From: an uncultured Gammaproteobacteria bacterium
GTDB taxonomy: Bacteria > Patescibacteriota > Patescibacteriia > Magasanikbacterales > GWA2-37-8
Reading direction: 5' to 3'
Assembly: GCA_964536725.1 (NCBI GenBank)
Contig: CAZHYJ010000002.1
Location: 91,219-155,218 of the forward strand
Length of the DNA stretch: 64,000 bases
Positions within the stretch are counted from its first letter, which is position 1; every line of letters starts with the position of its first letter. Made by a program: the position numbers and the translations under genes. Shown piece after piece: positions 1 to 8,325 of this stretch. Under the pieces are notes generated by a model. The model did no database searches, was not told the DNA's origin, and saw nothing but the letters and a program-made list of their open reading frames with translations.

Positions 1-1
1 T

Positions 2-868
2 TTGATTAATGACGGACATGCGTTAACAGAGGGTAAAAATACTGCGAAGAAAATTTCTCCCGTTAGTGCTGCCGTAGTGCTTTTGCTGGTTAATGTTTTG
101 TTTGCGATATTCGTTTTTATTCAGATAAAGTATCTGTTTGGTTCGCACGATTTTGTTATCAGCCAAAACATTACTTTTGCGGATTATGCGCGTAGTGGTT
201 TTTTTCAGTTAGTTTGGGTAATGGTATTCTCAGCGTTGTTAATTTTAGCTTTTTATCGCTCCGCTTGGCACCATGGTCAGAACATTTTGGTGAGTGTGTT
301 AAAGTTGGTTTTAATCGCTCAAATTTTTGTTATTGCCGTCTCTGCTTTAAAACGCATGAATTTGTATCAGACTGAATATGGTTTTACCACTCTGAGATTG
401 TATGTTGAGTGGTTCATATATTTTGTTGGTGTGATGTATATCTTACTGGCGGCTGCGATTGTTAAAAATTATTCCTTTAAGAAATTTTTCCATGGGGTGT
501 TGATTTGTGGAGTGGTTGCCTTTACAATTGTGGCTTCAGCCAATGTTGATGGAATTATTGCTAAGAAAAATATTGACCGCTATTTGGTTCGAGGTAACAA
601 TTTGGATTTGTTTTATTTAGTTCACGGACTATCGTTTGATGCCATACCAGAAATTGTGGTTTTGAACGACAAGCCAATTGACTTTAAAAAAATCGGTGTA
701 CGTGGTGATGGTTGGTATGAATCTAGTGATACTGCTGTGATGATTAAAAACTGGTACAACGAGGCTTTGCAATACAAGAAAGATGAAATTTTAAATCAAT
801 ACAACGCTTGGTATTCGTTTAATCTTGGGGCGCAGCGAGCGTTGAATAGTTTGAATAGTGTAAAATAA
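2..868 (+). CDS. integral membrane protein, N-terminally truncated by the window edge (multi-TM hypothetical)
   Basis: ORF open to the window start. Several long hydrophobic segments. No recognisable catalytic motifs. Confidence 0.45.
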   Translation: MINDGHALTEGKNTAKKISPVSAAVVLLLVNVLFAIFVFIQIKYLFGSHDFVISQNITFADYARSGFFQLVWVMVFSALLILAFYRSAWHHGQNILVSVLKLVLIAQIFVIAVSALKRMNLYQTEYGFTTLRLYVEWFIYFVGVMYILLAAAIVKNYSFKKFFHGVLICGVVAFTIVASANVDGIIAKKNIDRYLVRGNNLDLFYLVHGLSFDAIPEIVVLNDKPIDFKKIGVRGDGWYESSDTAVMIKNWYNEALQYKKDEILNQYNAWYSFNLGAQRALNSLNSVK

Positions 869-872
869 AATT

Positions 873-2726
873 ATGATCACTTCCATCCAACTCCGTGAAA
901 AGTATTTAGAATTTTTTAAAAGTAAAGGGCACAATATTATCCCTTCGGCTTCTTTAATTCCAGAGAATGATCCGACAGTATTGTTTACTACTGCGGGTAT
1001 GCATCCGCTGGTGCCATATCTGCTGGGTGCCAAGCATCCCGCTGGTGCACGTTTGGCTAGTATTCAAAAATGTGTACGTACTCAAGACATCGATGAAGTG
1101 GGGGATAATCGCCATGATACTTTCTTTGAAATGATGGGCAATTGGTCTTTGGGTGAATATTTTAAAAAAGAAGCAATCGAATGGAGTTTTGAATTTTTAA
1201 CTAATAAAGAAACTGGCTTGGGATTGGATATTCGCAAATTAGCTGTTTCAGTATTCGCTGGTGATAACGATGCACCGCGCGATGAAGAATCGGCGGGTAT
1301 TTGGAAATCACTTGGTATGCCGGAAGAGCGCATCGCCTATCTACCTAAAGGCAATAACTGGTGGGGGCCAGCGGGTCAGACTGGGCCGTGTGGACCAGAC
1401 ACGGAAATGTTTTTTTGGCGCGGAGAAGGTGAATTTCCACCCGCAGGAAGTAATCCCGGAACTGACGAAGATAACTGGTTGGAAATCTGGAACGACGTTT
1501 TCATGGAATACGAAAAAAACAAAGAAGGGAATTTTGTTCCGTTAAAACAAAAAAATGTTGATACCGGCATGGGATTGGAGCGTACGCTAGTAACCCTCAA
1601 TGGTTTTGTTGATGTTTTTCAAATCGATACCTTTTGGCCGTTGATCCAAAAGATTCAGGATATTTCCGGTCATGAATATATTGAAAATGTTGAGGTTACA
1701 AAATCCATGCGTATCATCGCCGATCATATTCGTACTGCGACGATGATTATGGGTGACGACCACAATATTTCGCCCAGCAATGTTGATCAGGGATATATTG
1801 TACGTCGCATGATTCGTCGGGCAGTACGTCATGGACGTGTGCTCGGTATTACGGAAAATTTTTGTTCACAAATTGCAGGAGAAGTGATTAAGATCTTTGC
1901 TGAGGTATATCCCGAGGTGGAGCGCAACAAAGAGTTTGTCCTGACAGAAATTGCTAAGGAAGAAAGTAAATTTAGAAATACCATTGAACAAGGTTTGAAA
2001 GAATTTGAAAAATTAATTAACGGTTTTCGTATTGCTTTTGAAAAAACCGGTCGACAGATGGAAGAAATTTCTGGTAAACAAGCTTTTAAACTTTTTGATA
2101 CCTATGGTTTTCCATTGGAAATGACGCAAGAGTTGGCCTTGGAAAACAATCTAAAAGTAAATGTCGCCGAATTTGAAGAGGCATTTAAAGCACACCAAGA
2201 GCTATCACGTGCTGGTGCGGAACAAAAGTTTAAAGGTGGTCTGGCTGACACGGGGGAGATGTCTACCAAATATCATACTGCCACCCATTTGTTGCAGGCG
2301 GCTTTGCGTACAGTGTTAGGTAATCATGTTGCACAGAAGGGGAGCAATATTACCGCCGAGCGATTACGTTTCGATTTTGCTCATCCCGAAAAAATGACGG
2401 AGGAACAAAAGAAACAGACGGAAGATCTGGTAAATTACGCCATTCAGCACAATTATGAAGTTACCTGTGAAGAAATGACTTTAGATGATGCGGAAAAACG
2501 TGGTGCCACGGGTTTGTTTGCTGATCGTTATGGAGCAAAGGTAAAAGTATATTCCGTCGGTGATCCGTTGACACTACCCGCCGCGCATGAAAACTCGCTC
2601 ACTTTCAGTAAAGAAGTTTGTGGTGGTCCACATGTGGAACATACGGGTGAGTTGGGAAAGTTTAAGATAACAAAAGAAGAGGCGGTATCATCTGGCGTAC
2701 GTCGGATTAAAGCAATATTAGAATAA
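873..2726 (+). CDS. alaS: alanine--tRNA ligase, short form (617 aa)
   Basis: Class II AlaRS catalytic-core motifs (FTTAGMHPLVPYLLG, DTFFEMMGNWSLG, CGPDTEMFFW). Editing-domain HxxxH (HTATHLLQAAL) and CGGPHV are present. It ends directly after the editing domain, so there is no C-Ala domain. Confidence 0.85.
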   Translation: MITSIQLREKYLEFFKSKGHNIIPSASLIPENDPTVLFTTAGMHPLVPYLLGAKHPAGARLASIQKCVRTQDIDEVGDNRHDTFFEMMGNWSLGEYFKKEAIEWSFEFLTNKETGLGLDIRKLAVSVFAGDNDAPRDEESAGIWKSLGMPEERIAYLPKGNNWWGPAGQTGPCGPDTEMFFWRGEGEFPPAGSNPGTDEDNWLEIWNDVFMEYEKNKEGNFVPLKQKNVDTGMGLERTLVTLNGFVDVFQIDTFWPLIQKIQDISGHEYIENVEVTKSMRIIADHIRTATMIMGDDHNISPSNVDQGYIVRRMIRRAVRHGRVLGITENFCSQIAGEVIKIFAEVYPEVERNKEFVLTEIAKEESKFRNTIEQGLKEFEKLINGFRIAFEKTGRQMEEISGKQAFKLFDTYGFPLEMTQELALENNLKVNVAEFEEAFKAHQELSRAGAEQKFKGGLADTGEMSTKYHTATHLLQAALRTVLGNHVAQKGSNITAERLRFDFAHPEKMTEEQKKQTEDLVNYAIQHNYEVTCEEMTLDDAEKRGATGLFADRYGAKVKVYSVGDPLTLPAAHENSLTFSKEVCGGPHVEHTGELGKFKITKEEAVSSGVRRIKAILE

Positions 2727-2732
2727 AAAACT

Positions 2733-3647
2733 ATGGGAGTAGACCAAGGTGTTGATCGGCGGTTGTGGAAGGTTAAAAAAGAAGCAGGCTTGTTGGGAGG
2801 TGAAAAAAATGAACAGTTAGACTTTAGTTCGCTTCAGTGGTCGGAAGATCATGTTGATTTTAGCGATGAAGAAATAAAAGAAACGGGGGTTAAGGGGATG
2901 GATATAAAACGCCTGAGCTGGGAGCAAGTATATTCTTTCATTTCAAAATTAGTTGGGGCGGAATTACCACATGATGAAGATAAAATACTAGACGCGCAAG
3001 AAGACCTTTTGCGCCGCTTTGTGGAATGGAAGAAAGAACATCGACATTTGGCGCAAAATTTTAAAGTGTCAGATGACAAAGATTTTGCCTTGATATTTGA
3101 AGTGGTAAAAGATTTTTTACCGGCAATTTTGCAGGCCGCCACCGACGGTGAGTTTCCAGACAAAACAGTAAATCATATTACGAACACTGGTTACGGAACG
3201 ATGAAAAATTTAGACAGTTTGTTGGAAAAAATTAATCCACAGTTGCTTATAGGTGGCGATTTGTCGGTTAGTCAACGTGGTGGTTTTTGGCAATCTACAT
3301 TCAGTGAATACAAAAGACGTCCGGACATTATTAAAAATTGGATTTTTGGTTTTGGTCCAAAGAACAAAGCTTTTGCGGAATATTTAAATAGGGTTAAAGA
3401 CGGTGTGATTAGTGGCACTCTTTTAACTGGGGAAGATTTCCCTGGTGAGGTCTTAAAAGATGTGGAATATATAATGGATCAAGATAAAAAGACTGGTAAT
3501 GTGTGGCACTCTCCCATATCGAACCATCCATATATCCCAGTTTTGAAAGATCCAGTGGAGGGTATAAAAGAACTACGCTGGTGTCATTCTGAGTATGCTT
3601 TTCAACTGGCAATTGATGGTCCAAAGTTAATTGAGTTTGTTACTTAA
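2733..3647 (+). CDS. hypothetical protein (304 aa)
   Basis: Intact ORF packed between alaS and the gtrA-like gene. No motif I can name. Confidence 0.4.
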   Translation: MGVDQGVDRRLWKVKKEAGLLGGEKNEQLDFSSLQWSEDHVDFSDEEIKETGVKGMDIKRLSWEQVYSFISKLVGAELPHDEDKILDAQEDLLRRFVEWKKEHRHLAQNFKVSDDKDFALIFEVVKDFLPAILQAATDGEFPDKTVNHITNTGYGTMKNLDSLLEKINPQLLIGGDLSVSQRGGFWQSTFSEYKRRPDIIKNWIFGFGPKNKAFAEYLNRVKDGVISGTLLTGEDFPGEVLKDVEYIMDQDKKTGNVWHSPISNHPYIPVLKDPVEGIKELRWCHSEYAFQLAIDGPKLIEFVT

Positions 3648-3659
3648 GATCTTAATAAA

Positions 3660-4139
3660 ATGGTAAAAAGATTTATCTGTTATCTTTGGGAAAAAAAATT
3701 TCTCCAGTATTCTATCGTGGGGAGCTCTTCTTTTGTTTTAGATTTTTCCACTTTGATTATCTTGAAAGAGATTTTTAATTTTAACCCAATTGTGGCGGTG
3801 GCACTTAATCAAATCTTAGCGATTAACTTCGTCTTCTTTTTAAATAAATACTGGTCGTTCAAATGTGAAGGTCAGACAGTAAAACAAATGACCAAGTTTT
3901 TAATCCTAATGCTTTGGAACTATATCTTCGCCATCGGTTGGATGTGGTTGTTCACACATGTAATCTCTTTTTCGGTAGAGGTATTTTTCTTAGGCAAGAC
4001 GCGTGATCTGTGGTATTTGGTAGTGCGTCTAGTAAATATTGTTTTAGCAGTTAGTTGGAACTTTTTGATTTATAAATACTGGGTATATAAGGAAGGCGAG
4101 AAAAAGGAGGGTGATTTAGCAGAAATTCCGCTAACCTAA
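3660..4139 (+). CDS. GtrA-family polysaccharide-synthesis membrane protein
   Basis: About 150 aa with 4 TM segments. Matches the GtrA pattern (FLQYSIVGSSSFVLDFSTLIILKE, NKYWSFK). Confidence 0.65.
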   Translation: MVKRFICYLWEKKFLQYSIVGSSSFVLDFSTLIILKEIFNFNPIVAVALNQILAINFVFFLNKYWSFKCEGQTVKQMTKFLILMLWNYIFAIGWMWLFTHVISFSVEVFFLGKTRDLWYLVVRLVNIVLAVSWNFLIYKYWVYKEGEKKEGDLAEIPLT

Positions 4140-4178
4140 GCCAAAAAACAGCAAAATCGGTCGAATTTTGCCTAACTA

Positions 4179-4207
4179 TTGACAAAAAACGTCGTTTAGA
4201 TTAAAAT
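4179..4207 (+). promoter_or_regulatory. sigma70-type promoter TTGACA-17-TAAAAT upstream of infA
   Basis: TTGACA at 4179-4184, a 17-nt spacer, TAAAAT at 4202-4207. It sits about 20 nt before the infA ATG. Confidence 0.5.
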
Positions 4208-4226
4208 AGCGACTGTAATTTTATAC

Positions 4227-4445
4227 ATGGTTGGAAAACAAGATACAATCGAAATCAAAGGTGTGATCGAAGAGCTTTTGCCAGCTGGTACTTTCCGAGT
4301 AAAATTGGAGAGCGGCCAGACTATCATTGCTCATCTTTCCGGCAAAATGCGGATGAACAAAATCCGTTTGAGCCTGGGAGACATGATAAAAGTGGAGATG
4401 ACACCTTACGATTTGACAAAAGGGAGAATCACATTTCGATTCTAA
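4227..4445 (+). CDS. infA: translation initiation factor IF-1
   Basis: 72 aa S1-like OB protein. The whole sequence is canonical IF-1 ([31 protein letters not shown]). Confidence 0.9.
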   Translation: MVGKQDTIEIKGVIEELLPAGTFRVKLESGQTIIAHLSGKMRMNKIRLSLGDMIKVEMTPYDLTKGRITFRF

Positions 4446-4648
4446 GGACAAATTAAAATTCAAAAAATTAATCAACCAGTGCGGTGTAGTTTGGCTCAGT
4501 ACTCTGACGCAAGTTAGACGAAAAGAGTCGGACGCGGATATCGCGGCAGTGGTTGGTGTTTTTGCATTACGCCCATTTTCGGGAATCCAATCAATTTACC
4601 AATTTAATTAATTTATTTATTTAATTTACACTTTAGTACTATAATACT

Positions 4649-4762
4649 ATGAAAGTGCAAGCGTCCGTAAAGAAAATTTGCATGAAGTGCAAAACCGTTC
4701 GTCGCAAAGGTCGGGTACATGTTATTTGTTCCAATCCTAAACACAAACAACGTCAGGGTTAA
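4649..4762 (+). CDS. rpmJ: 50S ribosomal protein L36 (37 aa; absent from the ORF track, found by hand)
   Basis: ATG at 4649 and TAA at 4760-4762. Translates to [37 protein letters not shown], the canonical zinc-ribbon L36. Sits in the conserved infA-rpmJ-rpsM position. Confidence 0.85.
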   Translation: MKVQASVKKICMKCKTVRRKGRVHVICSNPKHKQRQG

Positions 4763-4774
4763 TTTCACATATTT

Positions 4775-5158
4775 ATGCGTATAGCTAGTACAAACATTCC
4801 AAACGAAAAAAAGATCCGCATTTCCTTGCCTTACATTTTTGGTATCGGCCCAACTTTGGCTAAAAGTATTTTAGCACAAGCAGGTATTGATCCAGAAAAG
4901 AGAACCAAGGATTTGTCTGAAGCTGAGCAGGATAAAATCCGTGCCATCGTCGAAAAAGGTCATAAAACCGAAGGTGACTTACGTCGCGAAATCATGTCCA
5001 ACATCAAACGCTTGAAAGATATCAAGTGTTATCGCGGTGTTCGCCATATGCGTCACTTACCGGTTCGTGGTCAACGTACCAAGACGAATTCTCGTACTGT
5101 ACGTGGCAACACCAGAAAGACCGCTGTTTCCGGAAAGAAACCGGTTTCTAAGACCTAA
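4775..5158 (+). CDS. rpsM: 30S ribosomal protein S13
   Basis: Starts [33 protein letters not shown] and ends in an [11 protein letters not shown] basic tail. Conserved alpha-operon position. Confidence 0.9.
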   Translation: MRIASTNIPNEKKIRISLPYIFGIGPTLAKSILAQAGIDPEKRTKDLSEAEQDKIRAIVEKGHKTEGDLRREIMSNIKRLKDIKCYRGVRHMRHLPVRGQRTKTNSRTVRGNTRKTAVSGKKPVSKT

Positions 5159-5169
5159 TATAATATATT

Positions 5170-5634
5170 ATGACTGAAGAAGTGCAAAAACCTACCGTCT
5201 CCTCCGCCGCTGAGGGATCAGCTAAGACTGAAGAGGGTAAAGGTAAGAAAATCTCCAAGGTGAAAAAGAAAAAAGCCGTTTCACGTCAAGTGCCACGCGC
5301 TAACGCTTACATCCAAGCGACTTACAACAACACTATCATTACCATGGCCGATTTAAACGGCAACGTTTTGGGTTGGTCATCTTCTGGTAAAGTAGGTTTT
5401 AAAGGTCCAAAGAAAGCTACTCCATATGCCGCTTCCTTGGTTGCCAAAGATTTGGCTGACAAGGTAGTTGACTACGGTATCAAAGAAGTGAGTGCTTTTG
5501 TTAAAGGTATTGGCGGTGGTCGCGAAGGCGCAATTCGCGCTTTGCATACCAATGGTTTCAATGTAGTGTCGATCAACGATGTTACACCGATCCCACACAA
5601 TGGTTGCCGTCCTCCGAAACGCCGTCGCGTTTAA
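5170..5634 (+). CDS. rpsK: 30S ribosomal protein S11 (with a Lys-rich N-terminal extension)
   Basis: AYIQATYNNTIITMADLNGNVLGWSSSG, GFKGPKKATPYAA and the PHNGCRPPKRRRV tail. Confidence 0.9.
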   Translation: MTEEVQKPTVSSAAEGSAKTEEGKGKKISKVKKKKAVSRQVPRANAYIQATYNNTIITMADLNGNVLGWSSSGKVGFKGPKKATPYAASLVAKDLADKVVDYGIKEVSAFVKGIGGGREGAIRALHTNGFNVVSINDVTPIPHNGCRPPKRRRV

Positions 5635-5655
5635 CCAGTAATTAATACTTGAAAT

Positions 5656-6285
5656 ATGCCTAATTTAGATCGACAATGTTCACAATGCCGCCGTGCCAAA
5701 GAAAAGCTTTTCTTAAAAGGGGACAAGTGTCTTGGACCAAAATGTCCAATGCTTAAACGCCCATATGCTCCAGGCCAACATGGCTCGAGCAAAAAAGGTG
5801 GTCCGAAAAAACTTTCTGACTACGGCAAACAGTTAAAAGAAAAACAGGAAGCTAAACGCTCATATGGTATGCGCGAACGTCAGTTTGCTAACTATGTAGC
5901 TGAAGCCTCTGCTAAAATCGGTGATTCTGGTAAAATTCTTTTACAATTTTTGGAATCACGTTTAGATAATGTGGTATACCGTATGGGTTTGGCCAAATCT
6001 CGTGCGCTCGCACGTCAATTGACTAACCACGGTCATATTACTGTCAACGGCAAAAAAGTTGATATTCCTTCATATCGTGTCCGCGTGGGTGAGGTTATCG
6101 CCTTATCACCAAAGGCCATGAAGAAGAAATCATTTGAAACTATCAGTGAAATCTTGGGCAAAGTTGAAGCGCCAATCTGGTTGGGTCTTGAACCTAAAAC
6201 CGCTAGCGCTAAGATTTTGAACACCCCAACAGTTGAGAGCACACCGTTCTCCACTAAAGCAATCATTGAGTTCTATTCTCGTTAA
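5656..6285 (+). CDS. rpsD: 30S ribosomal protein S4 (N-terminal Cys4 zinc ribbon)
   Basis: CSQCRR..CLGPKCP zinc ribbon followed by RPYAPGQHG and an S4 RNA-binding domain. Confidence 0.9.
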   Translation: MPNLDRQCSQCRRAKEKLFLKGDKCLGPKCPMLKRPYAPGQHGSSKKGGPKKLSDYGKQLKEKQEAKRSYGMRERQFANYVAEASAKIGDSGKILLQFLESRLDNVVYRMGLAKSRALARQLTNHGHITVNGKKVDIPSYRVRVGEVIALSPKAMKKKSFETISEILGKVEAPIWLGLEPKTASAKILNTPTVESTPFSTKAIIEFYSR

Positions 6286-6306
6286 TTAATTCTATTTACA
6301 AGAAGT

Positions 6307-7107
6307 ATGGAAAATTTTCTTTTACCTTCAAAAATAGAATTCCAGCCGGGCACCAATCCAATGACTGGATCTTTGGTAGTTACTCCATGTTATCATGGTT
6401 ATGGTACTACCTTGGGCAACGCTTTACGCCGGGTGCTTTTATCTTCTCTCCCAGGAGGGGCAGTGGAATCTTTTAAGGTTAAGGGGGCACAACACGAATT
6501 CTCCACCGTTGACGGTGTGCAAGAAGACGTGGTTGAGATCATTTTGAACTTAAAGCAATTGGCTGTGCGGGTTTTCTCAGAAGAGCCAGTTTTGTTAACA
6601 TTATCCAAAAAAGGACCAGGCCCAGTTACAGCCGGTGACATCTCCAAAGATGCGCGCGTAGAAATCGCAAACAAAGATTTGGTGATTGCCAACTTGACCA
6701 GTAACAAAAGCTTGGAAATGGAAATTATGGTAGCTAATGGTCGTGGCTACAAACCGGTGGAAGAAAAAGATCGCAAAAACTATGATCTCGGTACAATCGT
6801 AGTGGATTCGGTCTACAGCCCTGTAAAAGATGTTGGTTACAAAGTCGAATATACTCGTGTTGGTGATATCACTAACTACGAAAAATTGACTGTCAACATT
6901 GAAACTGATGGTACTGTTTCTCCGGAAGAAGCCGTTAATCAGGCTACCAGAATTTTGATGGATCACTTTGCAGTTATCGCAGAGAGTGTTGCACACTCTG
7001 CCAAAGCTGCACCAGTGTTGGAACCAGTCGCCGTAGAGGAAGTTGAGGCTGAAAAAGAAGTAAGCGAAGAAAAAGCTCCTAAGAAAAAAGCAACTAAGAA
7101 GAAATAA
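6307..7107 (+). CDS. rpoA: DNA-directed RNA polymerase alpha subunit, N-terminal domain only (266 aa; no alpha-CTD)
   Basis: The alpha-NTD dimerisation/assembly region is conserved (VVTPCYHGYGTTLGNALRRVLLSSLPGGAV). The protein ends in a low-complexity AKAAPV..EEKAPKKKATKKK tail where the ~80-aa CTD would be. Confidence 0.85.
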   Translation: MENFLLPSKIEFQPGTNPMTGSLVVTPCYHGYGTTLGNALRRVLLSSLPGGAVESFKVKGAQHEFSTVDGVQEDVVEIILNLKQLAVRVFSEEPVLLTLSKKGPGPVTAGDISKDARVEIANKDLVIANLTSNKSLEMEIMVANGRGYKPVEEKDRKNYDLGTIVVDSVYSPVKDVGYKVEYTRVGDITNYEKLTVNIETDGTVSPEEAVNQATRILMDHFAVIAESVAHSAKAAPVLEPVAVEEVEAEKEVSEEKAPKKKATKKK

Positions 7108-7111
7108 TTTT

Positions 7112-7462
7112 ATGCGTCACCAATCGAATAAAGTCACATTGGATCGCAAGACCGCGCCTCGTCGCGCCCTTTTAGCTAACTTGGTAGAGAGTTTGGTTTT
7201 ATACGAAAAAATCACTACTACCTTAGCTAAAGCCAAGGCCTTACGTCCAAGAGTGGAAAAATTAATTACCATATCGAAAGTCAATACTTTGGCTTCTCGT
7301 CGTCAGCTCATGAAGGTTCTATATACCAAGAATGCTATCAAGAAATTGATGGAAGTATTGGGTCCACGTTATCTAGAACGCAAAGGTGGTTATACCCGCA
7401 TCATCAAGCTTGGTGTCCGTAAGGGCGATGGCGCTGAAAAGGCGGTTATTGAATTAGTATAA
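7112..7462 (+). CDS. rplQ: 50S ribosomal protein L17
   Basis: MRHQSNKVTLDRKTAPRRALLANLVESL.. is canonical L17. Follows rpoA directly. Confidence 0.9.
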   Translation: MRHQSNKVTLDRKTAPRRALLANLVESLVLYEKITTTLAKAKALRPRVEKLITISKVNTLASRRQLMKVLYTKNAIKKLMEVLGPRYLERKGGYTRIIKLGVRKGDGAEKAVIELV

Positions 7463-7466
7463 TCCT

Positions 7467-7817
7467 ATGTCAAGACAAAAAATTACTATCGATGCTACCG
7501 GTTTGGCACCAGGAAGATTGGCCACCAAAGTCGCAATGATTTTGATGGGCAAGAACAAGCCAACTTACGCCCCATATTTAGATGAAGGCGACAAGGTGGA
7601 AATTGAGAATGTTTCCTTGATGCGCTTTACTGGCAAGAAGATTGATCAAAAACTTTATCGACATCACTCCAACCACCCAGGTGGTTTGAAAGAAATCCCA
7701 GCCAAGCAGATGTTGAAAGAGAAGCCAGAAGATGTTTTGAATTTGGCCGTGATCAAAATGTTGCCTAAGAACAAATTGCGTAACTTACGCATGAAAAGAT
7801 TGACTTTTAAAAAGTAA
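7467..7817 (+). CDS. rplM: 50S ribosomal protein L13
   Basis: IDATGLAPGRLATKVAMILMGK and HHSNHPGG motifs. Sits beside rpsI. Confidence 0.9.
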   Translation: MSRQKITIDATGLAPGRLATKVAMILMGKNKPTYAPYLDEGDKVEIENVSLMRFTGKKIDQKLYRHHSNHPGGLKEIPAKQMLKEKPEDVLNLAVIKMLPKNKLRNLRMKRLTFKK

Positions 7818-7820
7818 CCT

Positions 7821-8231
7821 ATGACTAAAGTTGCGAAAAAAACTGATGATACCAGTCGCGCTGTCGGTCGTCGCAAACGCGCTTCCGCTCGGGTACGCAT
7901 TTCCAAAGGTACCGGCAAGATTGTTATCAACGGAATCGATTCTAAAGTATATTTCCCTCATTTTTCTCAGCAAGATGCCATCATGGCACCTTTAATCGCT
8001 TTGGCGAAAGAGAAAGATTTGGATATTTCAGTCAAAGTGGTAGGTGGTGGCAAGAAGGGTCAGTCCGTGGCAGTTGGCCATGGTATTGCTCGCGCTTTGG
8101 TGGCTTGGAACGCAGAGTTCAAGAAGTCCCTAAAGACCCTCGGCCTACTCACTCGCGATTCACGTATCAAGGAAAGAAAGAAATTCGGTTTGAAGAAAGC
8201 TAGACGTGCACCGCAGTGGTCAAAACGTTAA
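7821..8231 (+). CDS. rpsI: 30S ribosomal protein S9
   Basis: GGGKKGQSVAVGHGIARAL core with the C-terminal KKARRAPQWSKR. Confidence 0.9.
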   Translation: MTKVAKKTDDTSRAVGRRKRASARVRISKGTGKIVINGIDSKVYFPHFSQQDAIMAPLIALAKEKDLDISVKVVGGGKKGQSVAVGHGIARALVAWNAEFKKSLKTLGLLTRDSRIKERKKFGLKKARRAPQWSKR

Positions 8232-8240
8232 ACCAACAAA

Positions 8241-8267
8241 ATCCTCCAGGAATGGGGGATTTTTTTG
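8241..8267 (+). terminator. rho-independent terminator closing the ribosomal-protein operon
   Basis: AUCCUCC-AGGAAU-GGGGGAU forms a 7-bp stem with one U-G wobble. A UUUUUUUG run follows at 8261-8267. Confidence 0.6.
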
Positions 8268-8271
8268 TGGC

Positions 8272-8300
8272 TTGTCAATTATATTATAAAGGCGTAAAAT
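8272..8300 (+). promoter_or_regulatory. sigma70-type promoter TTGTCA-17-TAAAAT driving the mod-old-res operon
   Basis: TTGTCA at 8272-8277, a 17-nt spacer, TAAAAT at 8295-8300. It lies about 25 nt upstream of the mod ATG. Confidence 0.5.
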
Positions 8301-8325
8301 ATAGCTATAATTACTATATAATTGT

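Noticed and set aside
4639-4645. TATAAT hexamer just before rpmJ
   Set aside because: It ends 3 nt before the ATG. That is too close to act as a -10 for this start, and it has no -35 partner.
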